This document shows positions 24,449 through 32,000 of a DNA stretch of 32,000 bases, piece after piece. The notes below the pieces were generated by a model. The model worked only from the letters and a program-made list of their open reading frames with translations, was not told the origin of the DNA and ran no database searches. Source of the DNA: an uncultured Chloroflexia bacterium (GTDB taxonomy: Bacteria > Chloroflexota > Ktedonobacteria > Ktedonobacterales > JADMIN01); assembly GCA_963718915.1 (NCBI GenBank), contig CAVRAI010000006.1, forward strand, positions 90,001 through 122,000, given 5' to 3'. Position numbers and translations under genes: made by a program. Each line of letters opens with the position of its first letter. The first letter of the stretch is position 1.

Positions 24449-24750
24449 TCGGTTGTTGGCGTTGTCGCCCGCAGTGGGATGTGCTTCTGGCTCCCACTTC
24501 CACTCTCGGCTGTCCGGCTGATGCGTACCCGCCAGACCTGCGGCCCCTGCTCAAGATAGTCCCAGCCCAGTTGGCCGCTATATTCGAAATTCAACTGGTA
24601 ATACAACGGCTTGGGGTCATGATCGTTGACCAGGACAAAGCTCTCGCCCACAGGCAATGCCACGAACCGCTGGAAGATCATTGGGTGCCGCTGCGCTGGC
24701 GGGATTGTTCGCACGTCGAGGGTAGTGGTCTGTTCGCTCGTATCGCTCAT
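24445..24750 (-). CDS. stand-alone DUF2249 domain protein
   Basis: AAGGAG lies upstream of ATG 24750. LDVRTIPPAQRHPMIFQRF...FVLVNDHDPKPLYYQL...WRVRISR is a paralogue of the C-terminal domain of the 22577 gene. Confidence 0.85.
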   Translation of the reverse strand: MSDTSEQTTTLDVRTIPPAQRHPMIFQRFVALPVGESFVLVNDHDPKPLYYQLNFEYSGQLGWDYLEQGPQVWRVRISRTAESGSGSQKHIPLRATTPTTE

Positions 24751-25282
24751 TGGCGTCAAACTCCTTAGAAAGTACGTGGATGTGTACGCTCTGATGCGGA
24801 TACATCGTCTATACCATTGAAGCGTGTCGACGCGGGTTCTCAATGAAGAGGAACAGCGCGCGACCGCTGGGTAGAACAATAGCCACTTCTGACAGGGGCG
24901 TCAGCGACTTTTCGCACGAATCGTGTCTGAGAACTGAGCTGTGATGCGATAGATACCCTCTCACGGCGAAACAGAGGTACTATTCTTGTCATAGGGATGG
25001 CAGGATGCGCGATGGAAGTACTGGATGCGTCCCACATACAGCTTGTGATACGTCAACGCCGTACATATGCTCCGGAAGGATCGGCGCCAGACTTCAGCGT
25101 ACAGGCACATCGGCGTTGATGTGCGAGCCGGTTTAGCCGGATAAAGAGCGTCCTTCGCAGCCAGTTTGAGTGACATGCAACATCCACAGCGCGCATGCGT
25201 CATGTGTGTCATGCGTTATGAATCGCACGCCCGTTGCGTATCATCCGCCCCCAAAGCGGAGCGCTCATGGAGGAAATGGGTG

Positions 25283-25820
25283 ATGTCCGCGCAGCCACGA
25301 AATCCGCTCGTAGAACCCCGCGAAACGTTTCCACCGCGGCCTGAGATTCCCCGCAATAGCCGTACGCGCCTCGATAGCATGATTGCCCGCATCCGTCGTC
25401 TTTCACCGCGATTGATCGCGCTGGGAGTTGTCGTCGCGCTTCAGAGCGTTCTCCTGTTGATCGCGCTAGTCCCCGCCAGCGTCTGGAATGACCTTGGCAT
25501 GCCGAACGGCCCGATCCCCCTGGAGATGGCTCCGGTCGTCGCGGGCCTCTTTTATGTGCTGCCCTCAGCTGACGGGCATGCTGACGCGCCGCTGGCAGGT
25601 AGCCGTCATCCTCGCGACACTGCCCGCGTGGCTCGACCTTGGCATATTCGCGATTGCTGCGGCGACGCGCATTGGTCCCTACTATCTCGTCCTGGAGCCG
25701 CATGCCGTCAGCACCGTTGGCACGCTTGAATTGTTCGCCGCGCTGGGGGCATTGGGATGGCTCGCGCGGCCGGTCGTCATCGGCGCATTTGCGCGGCTGC
25801 GGCGGGTGGTGGCGCGATGA
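25283..25820 (+). pseudogene. small membrane protein gene with an apparent +1 frame break near 25570
   Basis: GGAGGA precedes ATG 25283, giving ...LIALGVVVALQSVLLLIALVP...EMAPVVAGLFYVLP. The next frame continues QLTGMLTRRWQVAVILATLPAWLDLGIFAIAAA...RRVVAR*, whose TGA overlaps the GH3 start (ATGA). 538 nt = 179 codons + 1. Confidence 0.55.
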
Positions 25821-27088
25821 AACCTCCGCTGCCGCGCCGTCCAACGGCGCTACATCTGTCGCCGCGTATGGTGCGGATCGCGCTCATCCTGGCGCTGATC
25901 GCGCTGGGCGTGCGCGCCGGGCTGGCCAGCGCCACGTTCATGACGCCGGGCGGCGCGATCCTCGGCTGGAGCGACCGGCCAGTCGTTCACTGCGCGTTGT
26001 GTGGCGTTGCCGTCCCAACCGCCCGGCCCAACCAGACCACTCCGCTGACCCCCGAAAGCTACGCGGCGCTGCTCACCAAACATCTCTCGCTCGACGACGA
26101 GCTTGGGCAGATGATGATGGTGCAGATTACCGGGCAGGCGCTCTCGCCCGACGCGGTCCAGATGATTACCACGCAGGAGGCTGGCGGCATTCTCTTCTTC
26201 GCGGCCAATATCCAATCCGGCAATCAGATTCGTGCCTTGAACGCGCAGATCCAGCAGATCGCGCCAGTGCCGATGTTGTTGAGCATCGATCAGGAGGGCG
26301 GCACTGTCAACCGCTTCTACAGCCTCGTCGGCCCGCGCCCATCCGCCGCCTCGCTCACCTCGCCCGCGCAGGCGGAGCAGCAGGGCGAGCAGGACGCGGA
26401 CCTGCTCCATAGCTACGGCTTCAACCTGAACCTGGCTCCAGTGGTGGATGTTGGCACGCTCAATCCTGAACTGTGGAGCCGTACATTCGGTTCCTCGCCC
26501 GCGCGCGTCGCCGCGATGGCGGGCGCGTACCTCGACGGCTTGCAGCAGAGCGGACTCGTCACCGGTTGCCTCAAGCATTACCCCGGCCTTGGCGAGACCG
26601 GAACCGATCCGCATGTCGGCATGCCAGTGCTCCATAGCTCGGCAGCGGAGTGGAAAAATACCGACCTCGCGCCCTATCGTACGCTTCTTGCCAACGGCAA
26701 CGTGCGCGCGATTCTGGTCTCGCACGAGATGATCCCGGCGGTGGATCCCAACCTGCCCAGCTCGCTCTCGCCCGCCATCGTCGACGGCGTCTTACGGCAG
26801 GAAATGGGCTATAACGGCGTCGTGATTACCGATAGCCTCTACATGGGCGCGCTCAACCAGCGCTGGTCGGTCTCGCAGGCGGTTGTGCTGGCCATCGTGG
26901 CTGGCTCCGATATCGTCATTGGGCCGTACAACGCGCAGATGGTGCAGGACGCCAAAGACGCGCTGAAGCAGGCTATCGCCGACGGCACGCTGACCCGCGC
27001 GCGGATCGACACGTCGGTCCAGCGTATCCTGACGCTCAAGATCGAGATGGGGCTGATTCCCATGCCACAGTCGTCGGCGGCGTCTTAG
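25817..27088 (+). CDS. glycoside hydrolase family 3 (beta-N-acetylhexosaminidase, NagZ-like) with N-terminal membrane anchor
   Basis: ELGQMMMV, LLSIDQEGGTVNRF, KHYPGLGETGTDPH and VITDSLYMGA motifs. Hydrophobic N-terminus IALILALIALGV. Confidence 0.9.
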   Translation: MKPPLPRRPTALHLSPRMVRIALILALIALGVRAGLASATFMTPGGAILGWSDRPVVHCALCGVAVPTARPNQTTPLTPESYAALLTKHLSLDDELGQMMMVQITGQALSPDAVQMITTQEAGGILFFAANIQSGNQIRALNAQIQQIAPVPMLLSIDQEGGTVNRFYSLVGPRPSAASLTSPAQAEQQGEQDADLLHSYGFNLNLAPVVDVGTLNPELWSRTFGSSPARVAAMAGAYLDGLQQSGLVTGCLKHYPGLGETGTDPHVGMPVLHSSAAEWKNTDLAPYRTLLANGNVRAILVSHEMIPAVDPNLPSSLSPAIVDGVLRQEMGYNGVVITDSLYMGALNQRWSVSQAVVLAIVAGSDIVIGPYNAQMVQDAKDALKQAIADGTLTRARIDTSVQRILTLKIEMGLIPMPQSSAAS

Positions 27089-27915
27089 TCAGATGCGAGG
27101 AACGCCAGCACATCGCGATTGAACTCGTCCGCGCGCTCGACGATGGGGATGTGGCCGACGCCGGGGTAGACGATGGACTGCGCGCCGGGGATGTGCGCCG
27201 CGAGATACGTCCCGTTCGGCGTCGGCGCCAGTGGATCGGCCCCGCCGTGGATGACGAGCGTGGGCGCGGTGATGCGATGCAGCGCGTCGGCCACGTCATG
27301 CGAGAGCGACGCCCGAAGCTGGCGCATATAAGCGGCGGCGCTCTGTGGACGGTAGCGCGCTGTCTCCGCGATGCGCTCCATCTCCGCCGGATGCGCCGCC
27401 ACGAACTCGGCGGCCATGATCTGGCTATAGACGCGGATTGCCCGCTCGCCCGCCTCTTCGCCTGGGGTGGGCGCGAGCAGCGCCAGCACCTCCTGCGACG
27501 CCGGGACATGGACGCTGCCGCCAGCGGATGTCGCCACGAGCACCAGCTTATCGAGCATGTCGGCGTGACGCAGCGCGAATTGCAGCGCCGTGAAGCCGCC
27601 CAGCGAGATGCCGACGACGTGCGCATGCGCGATGCCCAGCGCCCCCAGCAGTGCGGCGGCGTCATCGGCGAGGTCGGCGACGGTGTAGTCGGCGGTCACT
27701 TCGTCGCTATCGCCAGTGTCGCGGTGATCCATCGCAATCGTCCGATACTCGCGACCAAAGACGTCGATCTGGCGCGCCCAGCCCAGCCGCTTCGATCCCA
27801 GGCCCGTCAGCAGCAGAATAGTCCCCTGCTCGTCGGCGGAGTTCGCGGGCCGCGCCTCATCAAAGGCAAGTTTGCGCCCGTCAATCAGCACGCTCTCCGG
27901 CGCTTTGACATCCAT
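27085..27915 (-). CDS. alpha/beta-fold hydrolase
   Basis: ILLLTGLGS, the nucleophile elbow VVGISLGG, and ...VIHGGADPL...GVGHIP. Overlaps the convergent GH3 gene by 4 nt. Confidence 0.88.
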   Translation of the reverse strand: MDVKAPESVLIDGRKLAFDEARPANSADEQGTILLLTGLGSKRLGWARQIDVFGREYRTIAMDHRDTGDSDEVTADYTVADLADDAAALLGALGIAHAHVVGISLGGFTALQFALRHADMLDKLVLVATSAGGSVHVPASQEVLALLAPTPGEEAGERAIRVYSQIMAAEFVAAHPAEMERIAETARYRPQSAAAYMRQLRASLSHDVADALHRITAPTLVIHGGADPLAPTPNGTYLAAHIPGAQSIVYPGVGHIPIVERADEFNRDVLAFLASD

Positions 27916-28025
27916 AATCAGTCCCTTCCGCATGTGTGCATGACGAAAACGCCGTGACAGCTTCGCACCGATACCAGCCACTTGCGATCAAGTATTAGCG
28001 ATGACGTCGGGGTCACTGCAATGTC

Positions 28026-28054
28026 TTGACAGCATCCCAAGCTCAACCGATAAT
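28026..28054 (+). promoter_or_regulatory. near-consensus sigma70-type promoter TTGACA-17-GATAAT
   Basis: Read directly, about 150 nt upstream of the LuxR-type regulator start. Confidence 0.5.
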
Positions 28055-28204
28055 AGCACCGCCAGTGTTCTGGCGTGAAGGATGACGCAGGAGAGCGTAG
28101 GACGACTCGGCAGCCAGCATGCGCTCCTCTTCTGCTCGGTGTTCACAGGATAGCCAACGCCCAAATCAGGAGTCAACGCTTGATTTCACATATGGAGTAG
28201 ACAA

Positions 28205-28693
28205 GTGAAATTGGCATCTGGCGATTCCCCACGCATTCAACGTCCTTTGTATGACATCGAAATCGTTGATCCGCGCAGCGGCACGTCACCACGCGACCTT
28301 GCGCATCTGGCGTATATACTCATGATCGAACTCGGCGCTTGCCTTCAAATGATCACAAGCGACATCGCCCACGCCGCCGACCTCGATGTCGCCCGCGCAC
28401 GCTGGTTGCAACGCCTCACGGCACTGACGGCGCTTATAGAGCGAGCACATGGAACGCACCCCATCGGAAATCCTGCGCCTCACGTCAAACAGCGTAGCCC
28501 TGTATCGGGCCATTCAGGTGTTCAACCACCCAGACTCACTGCGCGTGAGCGTGAGATCATGGCCCTCACTCGAAAGGGCTTGCCACCTCGAAAGATTGCC
28601 CAACGTCTCCAACTCTCGGTGGAAACGGTCTATACGCATCTGCGCAACGCGCGGCGCAAGCAACGAGTGATTGATTCTCTGAAAACCTCTTAA
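28205..28693 (+). CDS. LuxR/GerE-family transcriptional regulator with an unrecognised N-terminal domain
   Basis: C-terminal LTAREREIMALTRKGLPPRKIAQRLQLSVETVYTHLRNARRK HTH. GGAG lies 8 nt upstream of GTG 28205. Confidence 0.8.
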   Translation: MKLASGDSPRIQRPLYDIEIVDPRSGTSPRDLAHLAYILMIELGACLQMITSDIAHAADLDVARARWLQRLTALTALIERAHGTHPIGNPAPHVKQRSPVSGHSGVQPPRLTAREREIMALTRKGLPPRKIAQRLQLSVETVYTHLRNARRKQRVIDSLKTS

Positions 28694-28810
28694 TCTCGAT
28701 CTGCCATCAGTCGGTCGTGGACCTTGTGTAGATGGATGACCCCTTCCTCTTACATGGTGCGCTCTACACACCGTCAGCGCTCTCAATGCCTACCTTGACG
28801 GCGCATTTGA

Positions 28811-28851
28811 ATACCCGGGAAAATACCCGACTCCGCGATCAAAGATACCCG
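28811..28851 (+). promoter_or_regulatory. three direct copies of ATACCCG (a fourth, ATACCCA, at 28908-28914): candidate regulator binding sites
   Basis: Copies at 28811-28817, 28823-28829 and 28845-28851, each preceded by A-rich bases. They lie between the LuxR-type gene and the toxin-like gene. Confidence 0.35.
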
Positions 28852-29048
28852 ATATCTAACCAATTCTGCGTAAAGCCACCCAGCACAATCCGCTAGGATA
28901 GCACGCGATACCCAGTAGATAGGCGTAGTCGCGCGTTCTTCACCGCGCGAAGAGTTATAGGGCTCGGGTCGCTGGAGACCGGAAGTTGTAAGGGGGGCGC
29001 TTCTTGAGGACAAAGTACTTCTCGCTCATCACGTTGTGGTGTTCTGCC

Positions 29049-31322
29049 ATGGTACACCGCTTGTCCTCACTCCCCGCGCTCGTACGCCCCTCGCTCGCGC
29101 GTAGCTCATCGCATCTACGCGCGCTCGTCGTCTCACTCTTGCTGGCGGCGACGCTGCTGGCCGGGTTCAATACGCCGTTCGCCTACGGCATGGGCGGCAG
29201 TCGCGCCATCGCGCAGACTCCAGCCCCACAAGGCAAACCGCATAAGATTGATCCCAAGAGCGGCACGAAGTCCGTTCTGCATCAGCCGCCAGCCTCCAAG
29301 GCTCCGCCAGCAGGCCCCACACTCACAGAACGCCCCGCGATGTCCCATGGGTTCATCCCGACGATGAAGCCGGGCACGCTGAAACTCGATCCGAACAACG
29401 CCACACAATTCGTCGGCAGCGATGGCCGTCTCGAAATTGACGTGCCTGCCGGAGCGATCGCCGCCAGCGATGTTGCCGCGGTCGCTGGGCATACGCTCGG
29501 ACTCCGCATTACCGAGATCGCGCCTCCCTCCGGCTCGAATGCGGGTAGCGAGGCCATCTCGCTCGGCAGCTATTCGGTGCAGGTAGTGGATGGCCAGGGC
29601 AATGCCTCCGATCTGTTTACCCACGGCCTTCGCAAAGGGGTGACGCTGAAGCTGCACTATACCGCCAAGGAGCGTACCCTTGGCCTGGACAGCGCCTTTG
29701 TCGTCTTCAACGGCGCGCATCCACAGACGATCAGTGGGCTTGGGGCCTCGTCTACCCAGCCGGTCACCAATGACGCGACGGGTGATGTGCTCCAGACACA
29801 ACTCCCTGCCGACACGACGCTCGTAGCCCCCACCACACCTCCGACCCCGACTCCAACACCAGCGCCGACACAGACTCCGGCAGCGACAGCCACGCCTACA
29901 GCCGCGCTCACTGCCACCGCAGGCGCGACACCCGATGCAAGTCCGACCGCTGGAGCGCAGAATCAGACGTCGTCAACAGGTAGTGCTCTCCAGGTGCAGA
30001 CAGTCGCCGCTGTCTATACGCAGCAGACGCCGCCCACCACCTTCACGTTCAATACCTATCCGCCTATCGCCAAGTTCGGCAATCCCGACCCACTCGATGT
30101 AGATATGAACGCTGGTTCGCTGACCGAAGGCATTCAACTTGACGTGCCCCCTGGCCCGGCGGGCGCGATGCCGAATCTGACGCTGGCCTATAACAGCGCG
30201 GCGGTGAACGAACAGCACAGCCCCCAGGGCGCGGCGGGCTGGGTGGGCGAGGGCTGGAGCCTCTCGCTCGGCTCGATCAGCTGGGCTGAGCACAATGTCG
30301 TGCCCACCTGCACGACGAGCTGCACCAATAGCTGGCAGAGCCAGTGGATGCTGAACGATCCCTTCGGCACCAGCACAGAGCTGATTCCGCCTAATCTGGC
30401 GACCTCGACCTACTATGACGACTCGAACAACTGGTGGTGCACGACCGGCAACGCCTCGTCTACCGCCTGCCCGATTCAATTCCAGACGGCCAATGAGAGC
30501 TACGCCAAAGTCTATGCCTATGTTGGACCTACCAAAATTGGCACTCAGACCGATCCATTCCCCTGTTTCCGGGTCTATCTGCGGAACGGCGTCATGGAGG
30601 AGTTTGGCTGCACCGCCGACTCGTTGCAGTATTATCCGCTGCTGTCTGGGTCGTTGCCGCACCAGGGCAACAGCAACGTGGTCTATCCCGTCGCCTGGAT
30701 GCTCGATCTCATCACCAATCCGCAGGGTGGCCAGGTGCATATTACCTACCAGCGAGATATGGCGACCGCGTCTAACGGCGTCTCCTACCCCCGTGATGTC
30801 GTTCCGTCGACCATCGAGTGGGACTCGCCCGACTGCAACAGCGCCAAGCTGCTGTGTCCCAGCTCGTCGTGGCATCCACACTACCGCGTCCAGTTCAGCG
30901 CCACGCACTCGACGTACGTTGGGCACCCAGCGAATACGCCCACAGGCTGCAACACCGATTCGACGGTCCGCTGCGATGACCCGATGAACATCACAGGGGC
31001 GAATGGCTCGAACGCGCCGCTGGTGAATGGCGCCTTCGTGCTCAACGACGCCAATGTGCAGATCAACAACACCCCTGCGACCAGCTACAATAGCTCCTCG
31101 TGGAATACGGTGCGTGACTACCAGTTCAGCTATGAGCAGTCTGGCCCGACGACAATTGTCGATCCGGTGACCGGCAAGAACATTTCGAGCGCGGGCTATC
31201 TAGACCTCACGCAGTTCCAGGAGTTCGGCGACAACGGGACGTCGAGCTACTATCCGGCGATGAGCTTCGGCTACTCCAGCCAGACGGAATACTACGAGGA
31301 CGGCAGCTATACGCCGTACTAG
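29049..31322 (+). CDS. large secreted protein with an SpvB/TcB-type N-terminal toxin-complex domain (Rhs/Tc-toxin-like), first reading-frame segment
   Basis: Signal-like N-terminus LRALVVSLLLAATLLAGF and a Pro/Thr linker (TTPPTPTPTPAPTQTP...). Then GSLTEGIQLDVPPGPAGAMPNLTLAYNSAAVNEQHSPQGAAGWVGEGWSLSLGSISW matches the SpvB-domain core pattern (PxLsLsYnS...G.GWsLs). TTG 29004 is an alternative start. Confidence 0.85.
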   Translation: MVHRLSSLPALVRPSLARSSSHLRALVVSLLLAATLLAGFNTPFAYGMGGSRAIAQTPAPQGKPHKIDPKSGTKSVLHQPPASKAPPAGPTLTERPAMSHGFIPTMKPGTLKLDPNNATQFVGSDGRLEIDVPAGAIAASDVAAVAGHTLGLRITEIAPPSGSNAGSEAISLGSYSVQVVDGQGNASDLFTHGLRKGVTLKLHYTAKERTLGLDSAFVVFNGAHPQTISGLGASSTQPVTNDATGDVLQTQLPADTTLVAPTTPPTPTPTPAPTQTPAATATPTAALTATAGATPDASPTAGAQNQTSSTGSALQVQTVAAVYTQQTPPTTFTFNTYPPIAKFGNPDPLDVDMNAGSLTEGIQLDVPPGPAGAMPNLTLAYNSAAVNEQHSPQGAAGWVGEGWSLSLGSISWAEHNVVPTCTTSCTNSWQSQWMLNDPFGTSTELIPPNLATSTYYDDSNNWWCTTGNASSTACPIQFQTANESYAKVYAYVGPTKIGTQTDPFPCFRVYLRNGVMEEFGCTADSLQYYPLLSGSLPHQGNSNVVYPVAWMLDLITNPQGGQVHITYQRDMATASNGVSYPRDVVPSTIEWDSPDCNSAKLLCPSSSWHPHYRVQFSATHSTYVGHPANTPTGCNTDSTVRCDDPMNITGANGSNAPLVNGAFVLNDANVQINNTPATSYNSSSWNTVRDYQFSYEQSGPTTIVDPVTGKNISSAGYLDLTQFQEFGDNGTSSYYPAMSFGYSSQTEYYEDGSYTPY

Positions 31323-31323
31323 C

Positions 31324-32000
31324 ACGACGTTCTGTGGCCCAAGCTGGAACACCGGCGGGAACGGGGGTACCTGCGACCTGTGGAGCCAGAGCCGGGATGG
31401 CAACAGCCGCTACCTGACCACGATCGATAACGGCCAGGGGCTGCACCAGTCGATCTCCTGGAGGTTATGCGCGCAACAACACCCACGGAGCCGGTACCTC
31501 GCATGGTGCTGATGACGTCAACCCGTTCTATTGCACCACGAACCCGACGGGATACCCATGCAACTCGGCTGACGATCAGGCGTGGAGCCGCATCGTGGTC
31601 ACCAGCCGTTCGGATTCCGTGCAGCAGCTCACCCAGGCGGGGCAGGGCGGGACGCTGACCTCGACCCCAATCACCAGCAACTGGACATACAACTACTACC
31701 TGTCATCCCTGACCGCGAAGGAATGCATCGACTGTGTGGCGGGCATGTACTGGGGCAACCAGAACGACGGCGACTACATGGACTACTACAACGGCAAGTT
31801 CATGGGTTTCGCCGAGGCGGATGTCTCGAACCCGGATGGGTCCGCCGAGAAGCATTTCTATGAGGCGACCGAGGGCTGGGGTGTCTATACCCTGAACACC
31901 ACATTGGTGCCAAGCTGTAACTCGACGCTGCCACCGATCCAGACCGCGTGCCAGCCTTCACCCTGGTGGGATGTGGCCAACGCCGGACATGGGCTGGAGA
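31324..32000 (+). pseudogene. continuation of the same toxin-like gene in two further frames, running off the window
   Basis: Frame 1: (S)TTFCGPSWNTGGNGGTCDLWSQSRDGNSRYLTTIDNGQGLHQSISW. From about 31463, frame 2 is open to the window end: GYARNNTHGAGTSHGADDVNPFYCTTNPTGYPCNSADDQAWSRIVVTSRSDS...MYWGNQNDGDYMDYYNGKFMGFAEADV... Confidence 0.7.

Noticed and set aside
28119-28208. 29-aa upstream ORF whose stop overlaps the GTG of the LuxR-type gene
   Set aside because: It has no RBS, a Ser/Arg/Gln-rich unstructured sequence, and the regulator has its own GGAG. It is probably just 5'-UTR.
29820-29960. Low-complexity ACNCC/CCGAC DNA repeat
   Set aside because: It is the coding sequence of a Pro/Thr/Ala-rich interdomain linker within the toxin-like ORF, not an independent repeat element.
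31315-31470. Programmed +1 frameshifting or stop-codon readthrough in the toxin-like gene
   Set aside because: No slippery heptamer, no stimulatory structure and no rare-codon context is visible at either site. Two independent shifts in the same direction 140 nt apart look more like mutation or assembly error.

Overview
GC-rich bacterial chromosomal window (roughly 60-65% GC by eye) with strong Shine-Dalgarno sites and many long spurious antisense ORFs. I cannot place it taxonomically from sequence alone. No rRNA, tRNA or CRISPR array was seen.

Backbone genes: the end of a cyclase-like gene; an orphan zinc anti-sigma factor; a NarL-type two-component system with an MMPL transporter and a small membrane protein; an enoyl-CoA hydratase; a GT2/GT21-like glycosyltransferase; two tandem MFS transporters; Hsp20; an AhpD/CMD, PEP-mutase/isocitrate-lyase-family and small molybdopterin-oxidoreductase operon; a short-type transaldolase; a hemerythrin-DUF2249 fusion plus an inverted DUF2249 operon; a GH3 (NagZ-like) hydrolase; an alpha/beta hydrolase.

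Accessory or mosaic parts:
(i) A solo TnpB element of the IS200/IS605 family, with IS608-like hairpins at both ends and no TnpA.
(ii) A ~2.8 kb lower-GC segment bracketed by a duplicated enoyl-CoA hydratase 3' end. It carries a divergent WXG100-like / LXG-like gene pair followed by the decayed remains of a CHAP/NlpC-P60-type amidase domain, which I read as a relic polymorphic toxin.
(iii) A lower-GC island of orphan ORFs at about 12.3-14.1 kb.
(iv) An APH-family kinase gene broken by a perfect 17-bp tandem duplication plus a G-run indel.
(v) A LuxR-type regulator next to a very large secreted SpvB/Tc-toxin-like gene that runs off the window and changes frame twice.

General pattern: the frame disruptions I can see are confined to accessory genes, while about 19 kb of housekeeping-type coding sequence is intact.
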